64,000 nucleotides of DNA from an uncultured delta proteobacterium (GTDB lineage Bacteria; Myxococcota; Myxococcia; Myxococcales; Anaeromyxobacteraceae), in the NCBI GenBank assembly GCA_963828255.1, contig CAWHDZ010000021.1:1-64000 (forward strand), given 5' to 3'. Below are positions 55,317-64,000 of this stretch, piece by piece. Under the pieces are notes generated by a model, which saw only the letters and a program-made list of their open reading frames with translations, did not search any database and had not been told where the DNA came from. Numbering within the stretch: the first letter of the stretch is position 1; every line of letters begins with the position of its first letter. The position numbers and the translations under genes were made by a program.

Positions 55317-57791
55317 CTACGAGCTCCGTCCCGCCAGCCGGGCCACCGCCGCCGCCAGTTCGCGCGGGTCCACGGGCTTGGCCAGGAAGGCCTGGAATCC
55401 GGCCGAGAGCGCCCGCTCCCGGTCCGAGACCTGGGTGTATGCGGTGAGCGCCGCCGCCGGGAGCGTCCCTCCCCGTTCCGGGTCGAGCGCGCGCACCCGC
55501 CGGATGAGCGAGATGCCGTCCTCGCCGGGCATGCCGATGTCGGAGAGGAGGACGTCGGGTCGCTCCCCCGAGATCGCCTGGAACGCCGCCGAGGCCGACG
55601 TGGCCGTGGAGACCCTCGCCCCCGCCAGCTCGAGGAGGTGTCTCAGGGCGTCGAGGGTGTCGTCGTCGTCGTCCACCACGAGCACGTGGATCTCGGCCAG
55701 GCTCGGCGCCTCGCCGGGCGGGTGCCACGGGCGGCCGGCGGCGCCCCTCGCGCCCGAGCGCGCCGACGGGCTCGGGGCGTCGAGCGGGGTGGGCAGGTCC
55801 ACGACGAAGGTCGCGCCCTGGTTGCGCCCCGGGCTCGACGCGCTGACGCTCCCGCCGTGGGCCTCGACCAGGTTGCGGACGATGGCGAGGCCGATGCCGA
55901 GCCCGCCGTGGGCGCGGGTGGGGCTCGAGTCGGCCTGCCGGAAGCGCTCGAACACGTGGGGCAGGAACTCGGGGTCGATGCCCACGCCGTCGTCCCGGAC
56001 CTCGAGCCGGACCAGGTCGGGGAGGCGGCGGAGCCGGACCTCGACCCTGCCGCCGGCCGGCGTGAACTTGATGGCGTTGGCGAGCAGGTTCCAGACGATC
56101 TGCTGCAGGCGTGCCGGGTCCCCGCGGACCGCCCCCGCGCCATCCTCCAGGTCGATTTCGAGCCCGATCCCCTTGGCGGTCGCCGCCGGCCGCACCGTCT
56201 CTGCGGCGGCCTCCACCGCGGCTCCGAGGTCGGCCTCCCGCACGTCGAGCTTCAGCCTCCCGCGCACGATCCGGGCCACGTCGAGCAGGTCGTCGACGAT
56301 CTGGGCCTGTGTCGTCGCGCACCGCTCGATGGCCTCCATGGCCCGCTCGGTCGCAGAGGCGTCGAGCCGGCCGGTGCGGAGCAGCCGCGACCACCCCAGC
56401 ACCGCGTTCAGCGGGGTGCGCAGCTCGTGCGAGACGGTGGCGATGAACTCGTCCTTGGCGCGGCTGGCCCGCTCCGCCTCCGCGCGCGCATCCTGCTCCC
56501 GGGCGAGCAGCGCCGCCCGCTCGGCCTCGCTGCGCCGGGCCTCGGTCCGGTCCCCGAAGACCAGCGCGACACCCTGCGGCTTGCCGCCTTCGGCGCGGAT
56601 GGGGGCCACCGAGCCCTCGATGGGATACTCCAGCCCCCCCGGCGCGAGCAGGGTCACGCCGGCGCCGAGCGGGGTGGGCCCGCCCGCCGCCATGGCCGCG
56701 ACCACCGGATCGGGCAACGGTCGCCTCTCCTCGTCCACCGCCCGGAACACCTCGGCGAGGGGACGGCCGACGGCCTCCGGGCCAGCGCCGACGAGCTTCT
56801 CGGCGGCGGCGTTCACCAGGGTGACCACCCCCCTCACGTCGGTGGCGATCACCGCGTCGCCGATGGATGCGAGCGTGGTCCGCAGCCACTCCCGCTGCTT
56901 GCGCTCGGTCTCCTCGGCGCGCATGCGGTCGGCCTCCATGTCGCCGAGCGCCAGCGCGTTCCAGTAGACCACCGCCGCGGCCACGACCACGGCGCTGACC
57001 ACCACGAAGGAGGCCCCGAGGAGCGCCTCGTACTTGCCGGCCCGCAGGCCAACGACGAGGAAGAACCAGCCCAGGCCGATGGGCACGACGAAGACGGCGC
57101 CGATGAGGCGGCGCGCCATGAACCCGGCCAGCCCCGGGGCGGTGAAGACCCGGATCACCCCCGCCTGCGGCCGGTCGAAGAGCAGCGCCGCGACCAGCAG
57201 GGAGAAGCCGATCCCGGCGTAGAAGGGAACCCGGGTGTTGGCCGCCAGCCCCTCCATGGGCTCGACGCCGTAGGCGTATCCGATGATGGCCTGCAGGGGG
57301 ACCAGGGCCGCGGCCAGGGCGAGCAGCTGGGCCGGGCGGGTCCCGGCCTCCGTCTCCAGGTCGTGGACGGCGAGCGCGATGCCGATGAAGAGGAAGGCCA
57401 GCGCCGTGTTGGGCGCCATGCGGCCGGGGAACGGCCGGAACCCGGCATCGTGGAAGAGGAGCTGGTCGATGCCCAGGTTCACCTGGGCCACGTACTCGAC
57501 GAGGGTCAGGAACCCCACCGCCGCGACCACCACGCCGGCCGCCTTGGCGAGCGTGCGGCTCCTGGGTCCGGACCGGCGGGAGGCCAGGATGCGGGCGGCC
57601 AGCCCCGCCGCCACGAATCCCATGGCGGAGTTGGCCTTCACCGCAAGTGACCCAGGGATTCCGGAGCGAAGGAGCGGGAGGTCGAGCGCCCAGCCGATGA
57701 GGATGGCGAACCCGAGGAACGCCGCGGCTTCGGCTGCGGATCGCGCCAGCATCTCGAGGTTCTTCGGGAGTCGCCGGGTGTCGACGGACAT
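55317..57791 (-). CDS. Membrane-bound PAS hybrid histidine kinase (HK-REC)
   Basis: Multi-TM N-terminus ('RMAPNTA'), PAS 'SIGDAVIATD', 'SHELRTPL', 'HGGLGIGL', REC 'SDIGMP'. Confidence 0.92.
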   Translation of the reverse strand: MSVDTRRLPKNLEMLARSAAEAAAFLGFAILIGWALDLPLLRSGIPGSLAVKANSAMGFVAAGLAARILASRRSGPRSRTLAKAAGVVVAAVGFLTLVEYVAQVNLGIDQLLFHDAGFRPFPGRMAPNTALAFLFIGIALAVHDLETEAGTRPAQLLALAAALVPLQAIIGYAYGVEPMEGLAANTRVPFYAGIGFSLLVAALLFDRPQAGVIRVFTAPGLAGFMARRLIGAVFVVPIGLGWFFLVVGLRAGKYEALLGASFVVVSAVVVAAAVVYWNALALGDMEADRMRAEETERKQREWLRTTLASIGDAVIATDVRGVVTLVNAAAEKLVGAGPEAVGRPLAEVFRAVDEERRPLPDPVVAAMAAGGPTPLGAGVTLLAPGGLEYPIEGSVAPIRAEGGKPQGVALVFGDRTEARRSEAERAALLAREQDARAEAERASRAKDEFIATVSHELRTPLNAVLGWSRLLRTGRLDASATERAMEAIERCATTQAQIVDDLLDVARIVRGRLKLDVREADLGAAVEAAAETVRPAATAKGIGLEIDLEDGAGAVRGDPARLQQIVWNLLANAIKFTPAGGRVEVRLRRLPDLVRLEVRDDGVGIDPEFLPHVFERFRQADSSPTRAHGGLGIGLAIVRNLVEAHGGSVSASSPGRNQGATFVVDLPTPLDAPSPSARSGARGAAGRPWHPPGEAPSLAEIHVLVVDDDDDTLDALRHLLELAGARVSTATSASAAFQAISGERPDVLLSDIGMPGEDGISLIRRVRALDPERGGTLPAAALTAYTQVSDRERALSAGFQAFLAKPVDPRELAAAVARLAGRSS

Positions 57792-57931
57792 TGGGAGGCG
57801 AGGCCCGGAGGTCCGGTCCGCCGCGGGACCATGTTCGCCCCCCGGCCCGCCGGGCGCAAGCGAGCGGGTGGCGCCGGGCCGCCGAATGGACCGGAATGGG
57901 GCGCGTGCTACCCTGGGTCGAGGGAGTCGCC

Positions 57932-58435
57932 ATGAAGATCACGCCGCTCGACATCCAGCAGAAGCGCTTCTCCCGGGCGATGCGGGGCTACGAACGGGAG
58001 GAGGTCGAGGCCTTCCTCTCGCTCGTCGCGTCCTCCTTCGAGGACCTGGTGAAGGAACTCAACTCCCTGCGCGAGGACCTGGCGCGCCGGGACGAGGACA
58101 TCGCCGCCCACCGCGGCCTGGAGCGCACCCTGCAGGAGACCCTGGTGACCGCCCAGAGGGCCAGCGACGAGATCCGCGAGTCGGCCCGGAGGGAGGGCGA
58201 GATCGCCATCGGCGAGGCCGAGCTCCAGGCGGAGAAGATCGTGCAGGGCGCCCACCAGAGGTTCCTGCGGATCGTCGACGACATCCAGGAGATGAAGCGG
58301 CTGCGCGTGCAGTTCGAGTCGTCGGTCCGCTCCCTCGTGGATGGGCACGCCAAGCTGCTCGACACCTTCCGTGACTCGGACATCGGCGACCCGGTCGAGT
58401 ACCTGGCCGGGCGGAAGAAGGGGTCCGCGGAGTAA
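57932..58435 (+). CDS. divIVA: DivIVA-domain protein
   Basis: 'MKITPLDIQQKRF...RGYEREEVEAFL' then a long coiled coil; GGAG SD. Confidence 0.9.
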   Translation: MKITPLDIQQKRFSRAMRGYEREEVEAFLSLVASSFEDLVKELNSLREDLARRDEDIAAHRGLERTLQETLVTAQRASDEIRESARREGEIAIGEAELQAEKIVQGAHQRFLRIVDDIQEMKRLRVQFESSVRSLVDGHAKLLDTFRDSDIGDPVEYLAGRKKGSAE

Positions 58436-58440
58436 CGGTT

Positions 58441-58480
58441 CGAGGACCGATCCCGAGGACCGATCCCGAGGACCGGATCC
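58441..58480. repeat. 13-nt tandem repeat CGAGGACCGATCC x3
   Basis: Units at 58441, 58454 and 58467 (third has one extra G). Confidence 0.9.
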
Positions 58481-58488
58481 GGCGACCG

Positions 58489-58812
58489 TCAGTGCGTCAG
58501 GCGCCAGAGCATGGCCAGGACCCGGTCGCAAATGCCGAGGGCCGGCGTGATGGCACTGGCGGGCAGGTAGCCAAAGGCCTCGGCGACACGGAGGCTCGCG
58601 GCGACCTCGTCGGCGCTTCCCGCGGCCACGCGCCAGAGGTGGATGCGGTCCTTCCCGTTCCGACGGTTCCCCTCCGAGAGGTTCAAGGACACGGATGCGG
58701 CCGCCCGCCGCAGTTGCCTGGCGAGATCCGTATCCCGCCGGCCCAGGCTGGCAAGAGGCGCCTCGAGCGAGCGAATGAGTTCGAGGGAGACATCGAAGGC
58801 TTGAAGTGACAT
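58489..58812 (-). CDS. Four-helix-bundle protein (Avd / 23S rRNA-IVS protein-like)
   Basis: 'LARQLRRAAASVSLNLSEG...AAGSADEV...LRVAEAFGYL', 107 aa, AAGGAG SD, more A/T-ending codons than its neighbours. Confidence 0.85.
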   Translation of the reverse strand: MSLQAFDVSLELIRSLEAPLASLGRRDTDLARQLRRAAASVSLNLSEGNRRNGKDRIHLWRVAAGSADEVAASLRVAEAFGYLPASAITPALGICDRVLAMLWRLTH

Positions 58813-58818
58813 TGGCGG

Positions 58819-58946
58819 CTCCTTTTCGGGTGGGGTTTGCCCCATCCGGCGCAGGGTCCGTGACAGCCCGGCGCGGGATTCACCGATGAAGGACCGCGGG
58901 CTGGCGCGGAGCGTGCGCCTCCAGGCAGGCCCCACCCGAAAAGGAG
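58819..58946. ncRNA. Putative ~128-nt rod-like RNA hairpin in the leader of the four-helix-bundle gene
   Basis: Perfect 17-bp inverted repeat (58819-35/58930-46) enclosing nested stems GGCGCA/TGCGCC, TCCGTG/CGCGGA, CAGCCC/GGGCTG, GCGG/CCGC and TTCA-ccga-TGAA. Expression is not shown. Confidence 0.6.
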
Positions 58947-58950
58947 AGGA

Positions 58951-59041
58951 AACTCGGTCTCCGAACTCGGTCTCCGAACTCGGTCTCCGAACTCGGTCTC
59001 CGAACTCGGTCTCCGAACTCGGTCTCGGAACTCGGTCTCGG
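58951..59041. repeat. 13-nt tandem repeat AACTCGGTCTC(C/G)G x7
   Basis: Five units AACTCGGTCTCCG (58951-59015) then two AACTCGGTCTCGG (59016-59041). Confidence 0.95.
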
Positions 59042-59069
59042 ATCTCAGCCCCGGTCCCGCCCTCCCCCG

Positions 59070-61768
59070 TCAGTGCGCCTCCGCCCAGCTCCCCGCCATC
59101 CCCACCTCGACATCGAGCGGCACCAGCAGCTCCGCCGCCCCCTCCATCGCCCTCCTCACCAGCGCCTCCGCCGGCCCCGCCTCCCCGGCCGGCACCTCCA
59201 GCACCAGCTCGTCGTGGACCTGCAGGATCACCCTCGACGCCAGCCCCTCCGCGGCGAGCGCGCGATCCACCCGGAGCATGGCCACCTTGACGATGTCCGC
59301 GGCCGTCCCCTGGATGGGCGTGTTCACCGCCATCCGCTCGGCAGCCTGCCGGAGCCCGGGATTCCGCGACCGGATGTCGGGCAGCTCCCTCCGCCTTCCC
59401 CAGAGCGTGCGGACCTCTCCCGACTCCCGCGCCGCGGCGACGGTTCCGCCCAGCCAGCGCTTCACCCCCGCGTAGCGGGCGAAGTAGCGATCGATGATCG
59501 CCTGGGCCTCGGCGGGGGGCATGTCGAGCCGCTGCGAGAGGCCGAAGGCCGACAGGCCGTAGGCGATGCCGAAGTTGAGCACCTTGGCCACCCGGCGCTG
59601 GTCCGGAGTCACCTCCGACGCCGGCACGCCGAAGGTCTCCGCAGCGGTCCGGGAGTGGACGTCCTCCCTCGACCGGAAGGACTCGAGGAGCGACGGGTCC
59701 TCCGCGAAGTGGGCCAGGATCCTCAGCTCGATCTGGGAGTAGTCGGCGGAGAGGAGCAGCCTTCCCGGTGGGGCCACGAAGGCCGCGCGGATCCGGCGCG
59801 ACAGCTCGGTGCGCACCGGGATGTTCTGGAGGTTCGGGTCCTGGGAGGAGAGCCTGCCGGTGGCCGCCCCGGCCTGGTTGAAGGTGGTGTGGATGCGCCC
59901 GTCGGCCGGATCGACCAGCAACGGCAGCGCGTCCACGTAGGTTCCCTTCAGCTTGGAGAGCGACCGGTGCTCGAGCACCAGCCGCGGCAGGGGGTGCTCC
60001 TCGGAGAGCTTCTCCAGCACGTCCTGGTCGGTGGAGGGGCCGGTCTTGAGCTTCTTCACCACCGGCAGGCCCAGCTCGACGAAGAGCACCTGCGCCAGCT
60101 CCCGCGTGGAGGCCACGTTGAAGACCCGGCCGGCCGCGGCGTGGATGCGCACCTCCAGCTCCCGCATGGCGGAGCCGAACTCGGCGCTCATCGAGCCCAT
60201 GGCCGCCGCGTCCACCGCGATGCCGGCCTGCTCCATCCCGGCCAGCACCGGCACGAGCGGACGCTCGATCTCGTCGTGAACGCGGGAGAGCCCTCCGTCG
60301 CCGAGCGCGCGGACGAGGGCCGCGGCCAGCGCGGGGAGCAGGGAGGCGGCGGAACCCGCGTGGGCGGCCGTCTCTTCCACCGGGTACGTGGCCGGGTCCC
60401 CGTCACCCCTTCCGGCGTCGGCGGGCGCCGGCGGCAGCTCGACGCCCAGCCGCTCGCGCGCCAGGTCGGCGAGGGCGTGCTCGCGGCGTGCGGTCAGGAG
60501 GAGGTGGCTCGCCAGCTCGGTGTCGATCCCCCGGGCCGGGGCGGGCAGCCCCAGGTGGCGGAGCGCGTGGATCTCCAGCTTGAGGCCGTGCGCATGGATC
60601 TCGACCGCCGGGTCGTCGAGGAGGGGGCGCAGCGCCGCCGCCACCTCCGGGACCGTGAGCTGCGCCGGAGCGCCCAGGTAGCGGTGCTGGATCGGCACGT
60701 ACCAGGAGCGGCCGCCGGCCGCGAGCGCCAGCCCGGCGGGGGGATCCTCCGCGGCGCCGGCGAGGAGAAGGCCGCGCGCATCCCCACCTGGCCGGCTCGC
60801 CGGGCTTCGGCCACGGCCGCGTCGAGCGCACCCCGGGTGAACACCAGCTCGGTGGCGACCGGTGGCTCCGCCGTGGGCGGCGGCGTGGGCGCGGGCAGGT
60901 CCCGCAGGAGCCGCCCGAACTCGAGCTCGGTGAAGAGGGCGCGGGCGCGCTCCGTGTCCACCGGACGCCGCGCCAGGTCGGCCGGGCCGAGCGGGAGCGG
61001 CAGGTCCTCCTTGAGCGCCACCAGGATCCGGTTGAGCCGGATCCGATCGGCCAGCCCCTCGATCTTCTCCTGCAGCTTCGCCCCGCCGCGGGAGACGGCC
61101 TGCGGGATCTCCCCGGTCCGGGCCAGCATGGCCTCGACGGAACCGAAGTGCTTCACCAGCGCGGCCGCGGTCACGTCGCCGACCCCGGGCACGCCAGGGA
61201 CGTTGTCCACCTTGTCTCCGGTGAGCGCCATGAGCTCCACCACCTGGTCGGGGCGCACTCCCAGCTTCTTCTCCACGTCCTCGGTCCGCGTCCACCCTCC
61301 GCGCCCGGCCGCCTCCGCCATGGGGTCGTAGAGCTCGATCCCCTCCCCCACCAGCTGCGCGAAGTCCTTGTCGCCCGTGACGATGACCACGTCGAACCCC
61401 TGGGCGCGGGCCCGCCGGGCCAGCGTGGCGATGACGTCGTCGGCCTCCACCCCGGCCTCCTCGAGGAGCGGCACGTCGAGCGCGCGAACGACCTCCCGCA
61501 CCAGCGGAAACTGGCTCCTGAGTTCCTCCGGCGCCTCGGGGCGGTGGGCCTTGTAGGTGGGGTCGAGCTCGGTGCGGAAGCTCTTGCGGCTCGCGTCCAT
61601 CACCAGCGCCGCGTGGGTGCTTCCCCGCTCTCGCAGGGCCTTGAGCAGCATGGTGGTGAAGCCGTAGACGGCGTTGGTGGGCTGCCCCTTCGTCGTCGCC
61701 AGGTGCGGGATGGCGTGGAAGGCCCGGAAGACGAACCCGGAACCGTCGATGAGTGTGAGCGTGGGCAC
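59070..61768 (-). CDS. polA: DNA polymerase I; apparent -1 frameshift at the G6 run 60738-60743
   Basis: 5' nuclease 'LIDGSG...EADDVIAT...TGDKD...GDKVDNVPGV' in one frame; polymerase 'TGRLSS', 'ADYSQIELR', 'NFGIAYG', 'QVHDEL' in another. Confidence 0.92.
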
Positions 61769-61782
61769 GGAGCCCCCTCGCG

Positions 61783-64000
61783 TCAGCGGATGGTGACGGA
61801 CTGCCCCACGTCGAGGCCGGGCGGGATCATCATCACCGCATCGCCCACGAAGGTGGAGTAGAAGACCCGCCCCCGGTATTCCTGGCCGGGGATCGTGCTC
61901 TTGTCGAACGAGGTGACGGCCGTCCCACCCGACGTGCCCGGAGGGTATCGGCTCATGCCCACGAGTCCGGTGGACGTCTGGAAGGTGACCCCCGCGTCCC
62001 TGGCGGGAGGCGAGGTGATCTCGTTGCAGTCCGGGATGGTCACGTCCAGCGGGCAGAACCGCCCGAGCCGAAAGGCCACGACCGGCCCGGGCACCATCGG
62101 GTTCAGCATGTCGGGGAAGGAAGCATACTTCTTGGTGGGAAACCCGGACGGGTAGTAGAAGCGCCGCGCCTTCCGCGCGAGGACGAGCGCCTCCCCCGAG
62201 AGGCCGTCCTCCTCGGTCCAGGCGAGGTCGTACTGCAGGTCCATCTGCGGGCGCCCGGCGTATCCTGCGACGCTGCCGGCGAGCAGAAAGCCCCCCGCCC
62301 TCAACCAGGTGCCGCGGGCGTGGTCGGTGCTCGGCGGGTTGTTCCGGAAAGCGGTGAGCACCTTGCCACCGTTCCCGGGCTGCTGGAACCAGGCCACGAG
62401 GCAGGCATACTCGTTCGCCAGCTCGGCCCCATCGGCCGGCCCGAGGCGGATTGCACCACCCGGGTAGAGGAGCGGGTCGGGATCGAGCAGGGAAAGGGCG
62501 ACCGTCTCGTGGGCCTGGGGAGCCTTGGTGGGATCGTAGACGGCCGTCGTCGACCCAGCCGGGATCCAGTTTGGTCGCGTGGACGGGCACGGGTCCTCGT
62601 CGAGGAGGAACTGGGGAATGTCTCCCGGCAGCCCGTCACGATCGACGGTGTGGATACCGAGATCGGGTCGGGCCACGATGGCGCCCGTGACCCAGTAGAG
62701 CGCCGCGGGGAGGACGCCGTCGGTGGAGGGGATGGCGGCCTCCTGAATGGCGACGTAAAGAGTCCCGTCGGAATGAAGCCCCAGGACGCTCCGGCGCTGG
62801 AAGAACCCGGGGAGAACTCCCTGGAACGAGACCAGCCACCGGTCATCGGTCGTGAAGCCGGGCCAGACGGTGACCGCCTGGTTCACTGTGTCGGTCCTGT
62901 AGGCTACCTCCACCGGCTGGCCAGGACTCGGGTGGTCCAGCCAGAGCCCCACTGCCGCGGACCCGCTGGGAAATCCGAAGAGCGACGAGTTGGAGAAGGG
63001 CCCCGCCGGGCCGACCGCCGTGCCCCCCGAGGCCTGGGTCCGCTGGCTGTCGTCGGACACCATGAAGGAGGCGGCCACGACCCCGAACCGTCCCAGGTCC
63101 TGGACGTATGCCAGGCCGTCGGAGGCGGTGATGAGGCCGGTCACGCTGGTCCACAGCTGACCGATGGGGGGCGCGACCATCATGAAGTCCTGCGGTGCCC
63201 CGTTCCCGTTGAACGGGGGATTGGAAGCCACCTCGGTCACGCTGGGACACGGCGGGATCGGGTAGCCCGGCACGGCCGGGGCATGGCAGACCTGGGAACC
63301 GAAGACCGTGCTGGGTGGGTCGTCCGCGGGAACCGCCGCGGGCATCGCGATCGCCATCGCGAGCGGCAGGGCGGGCACGAACATCGGAGTCCTGTATCCC
63401 TGGGTCGGTACGGTGGAGCCCGGCGGGCCCGCTGGCGCCGGATCTTCGGCGAGCCCGCCGAGGACCGGATCGAACGTGGCGACGCCGCAGGCGATGGCCT
63501 TCTCCGGACCGCATCCCGAGAGATCGAGCCCTGCGTAGACCCGAAGAACCGGCGCGCTGAACGTGTAGAAGTTCGTCTGGATCCTCTCGCCGACGAAGGC
63601 CGCGGCGACGAAGGTCGTGGCGCAGCCCCGGGCGTCGAGCCCGCGGACGGGCCAGGGGGCGTCGAGACCCAGGCTCGCGTCCACCTCGGCAACGCCCGAC
63701 ACGGTCCCTCCGATGCCGTCGGGAATTGGATCGAGCGAGGAGAGATAGAGGTGGACGTTGTCCGGTGCGGCGGCGACGCCGGACGGCGAGAAGCCGAGCG
63801 GCTTCGAGACCGGACCGGCCGAGATTGAGATCGAGCCGTCCGGCTGCCGCGCAGCCTCGAGCACGACCAACCGACCGTCGCTCCGGCTCCCGGCGGTTCC
63901 GAACCCCACCACGACCCAGGCCTTGCCCACGGTGCGCGGTGCAGCAGCCGGATCCCCCTCCGGCGGTCCCGCCGGCACCTGTGCGACAGCCAGGCCGAGG
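61783..64000 (-). CDS. Large hypothetical, probably extracytoplasmic protein (5' end outside the window)
   Basis: More than 730 aa open frame, Pro/Gly/Thr-rich with scattered Cys and beta-propeller-like segments ('SPSGVAAAPDNVHLYLSS'); stop 14 nt upstream of polA. Confidence 0.65.
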   Translation of the reverse strand, partial: LGLAVAQVPAGPPEGDPAAAPRTVGKAWVVVGFGTAGSRSDGRLVVLEAARQPDGSISISAGPVSKPLGFSPSGVAAAPDNVHLYLSSLDPIPDGIGGTVSGVAEVDASLGLDAPWPVRGLDARGCATTFVAAAFVGERIQTNFYTFSAPVLRVYAGLDLSGCGPEKAIACGVATFDPVLGGLAEDPAPAGPPGSTVPTQGYRTPMFVPALPLAMAIAMPAAVPADDPPSTVFGSQVCHAPAVPGYPIPPCPSVTEVASNPPFNGNGAPQDFMMVAPPIGQLWTSVTGLITASDGLAYVQDLGRFGVVAASFMVSDDSQRTQASGGTAVGPAGPFSNSSLFGFPSGSAAVGLWLDHPSPGQPVEVAYRTDTVNQAVTVWPGFTTDDRWLVSFQGVLPGFFQRRSVLGLHSDGTLYVAIQEAAIPSTDGVLPAALYWVTGAIVARPDLGIHTVDRDGLPGDIPQFLLDEDPCPSTRPNWIPAGSTTAVYDPTKAPQAHETVALSLLDPDPLLYPGGAIRLGPADGAELANEYACLVAWFQQPGNGGKVLTAFRNNPPSTDHARGTWLRAGGFLLAGSVAGYAGRPQMDLQYDLAWTEEDGLSGEALVLARKARRFYYPSGFPTKKYASFPDMLNPMVPGPVVAFRLGRFCPLDVTIPDCNEITSPPARDAGVTFQTSTGLVGMSRYPPGTSGGTAVTSFDKSTIPGQEYRGRVFYSTFVGDAVMMIPPGLDVGQSVTIR

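Noticed and set aside
58489..58812. Diversity-generating retroelement
   Set aside because: Only an Avd-like gene is present; I saw no reverse transcriptase or template/variable repeat pair in the window.
58951..59041. CRISPR array
   Set aside because: Repeats are 13 nt, head-to-tail with no spacers, and no cas genes are present.

Overview
High-GC chromosomal window from an Anaeromyxobacter-like member of the Myxococcota (inferred from gene content, notably a close homologue of the globin-coupled kinase AfGcHK with its Asp52/Asp169 dual-receiver partner). Left to right: a secreted beta-barrel-like protein; tRNA-Arg(CCT); a decaying K+-channel/mlaE-mlaF-mlaD-pqiC-like operon; patatin; a Liv-type ABC importer with 3-hydroxybutyrate dehydrogenase; a selenocysteine formate dehydrogenase operon (fdnGHI-fdhE, UGA196 plus SECIS); assorted hydrolases and transporters; a class II photolyase cluster; a MetX-homoserine dehydrogenase fusion; moeA-mobB opposite a Cys-rich Crp/Fnr gene and tatA; a four-gene O2-sensing phosphorelay (NmpRSTU-like) with recurring CGCA-N5-TGCG sites in three nearby intergenic regions; the holB-holA-metG-tatD block; divIVA; polA; and a large partial hypothetical gene. 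The most unusual element is a ~600-bp cassette between divIVA and polA: a four-helix-bundle (Avd/IVS-like) gene whose ribosome-binding site is buried in a ~128-nt rod-like hairpin, flanked by two mutually inverted 13-nt tandem arrays, with an 11-bp direct repeat shared with the polA stop. Several single-base frameshifts fall in G/C homopolymers (including polA), so some are probably sequencing or assembly errors. All protein assignments come from motif recognition, not database searches.
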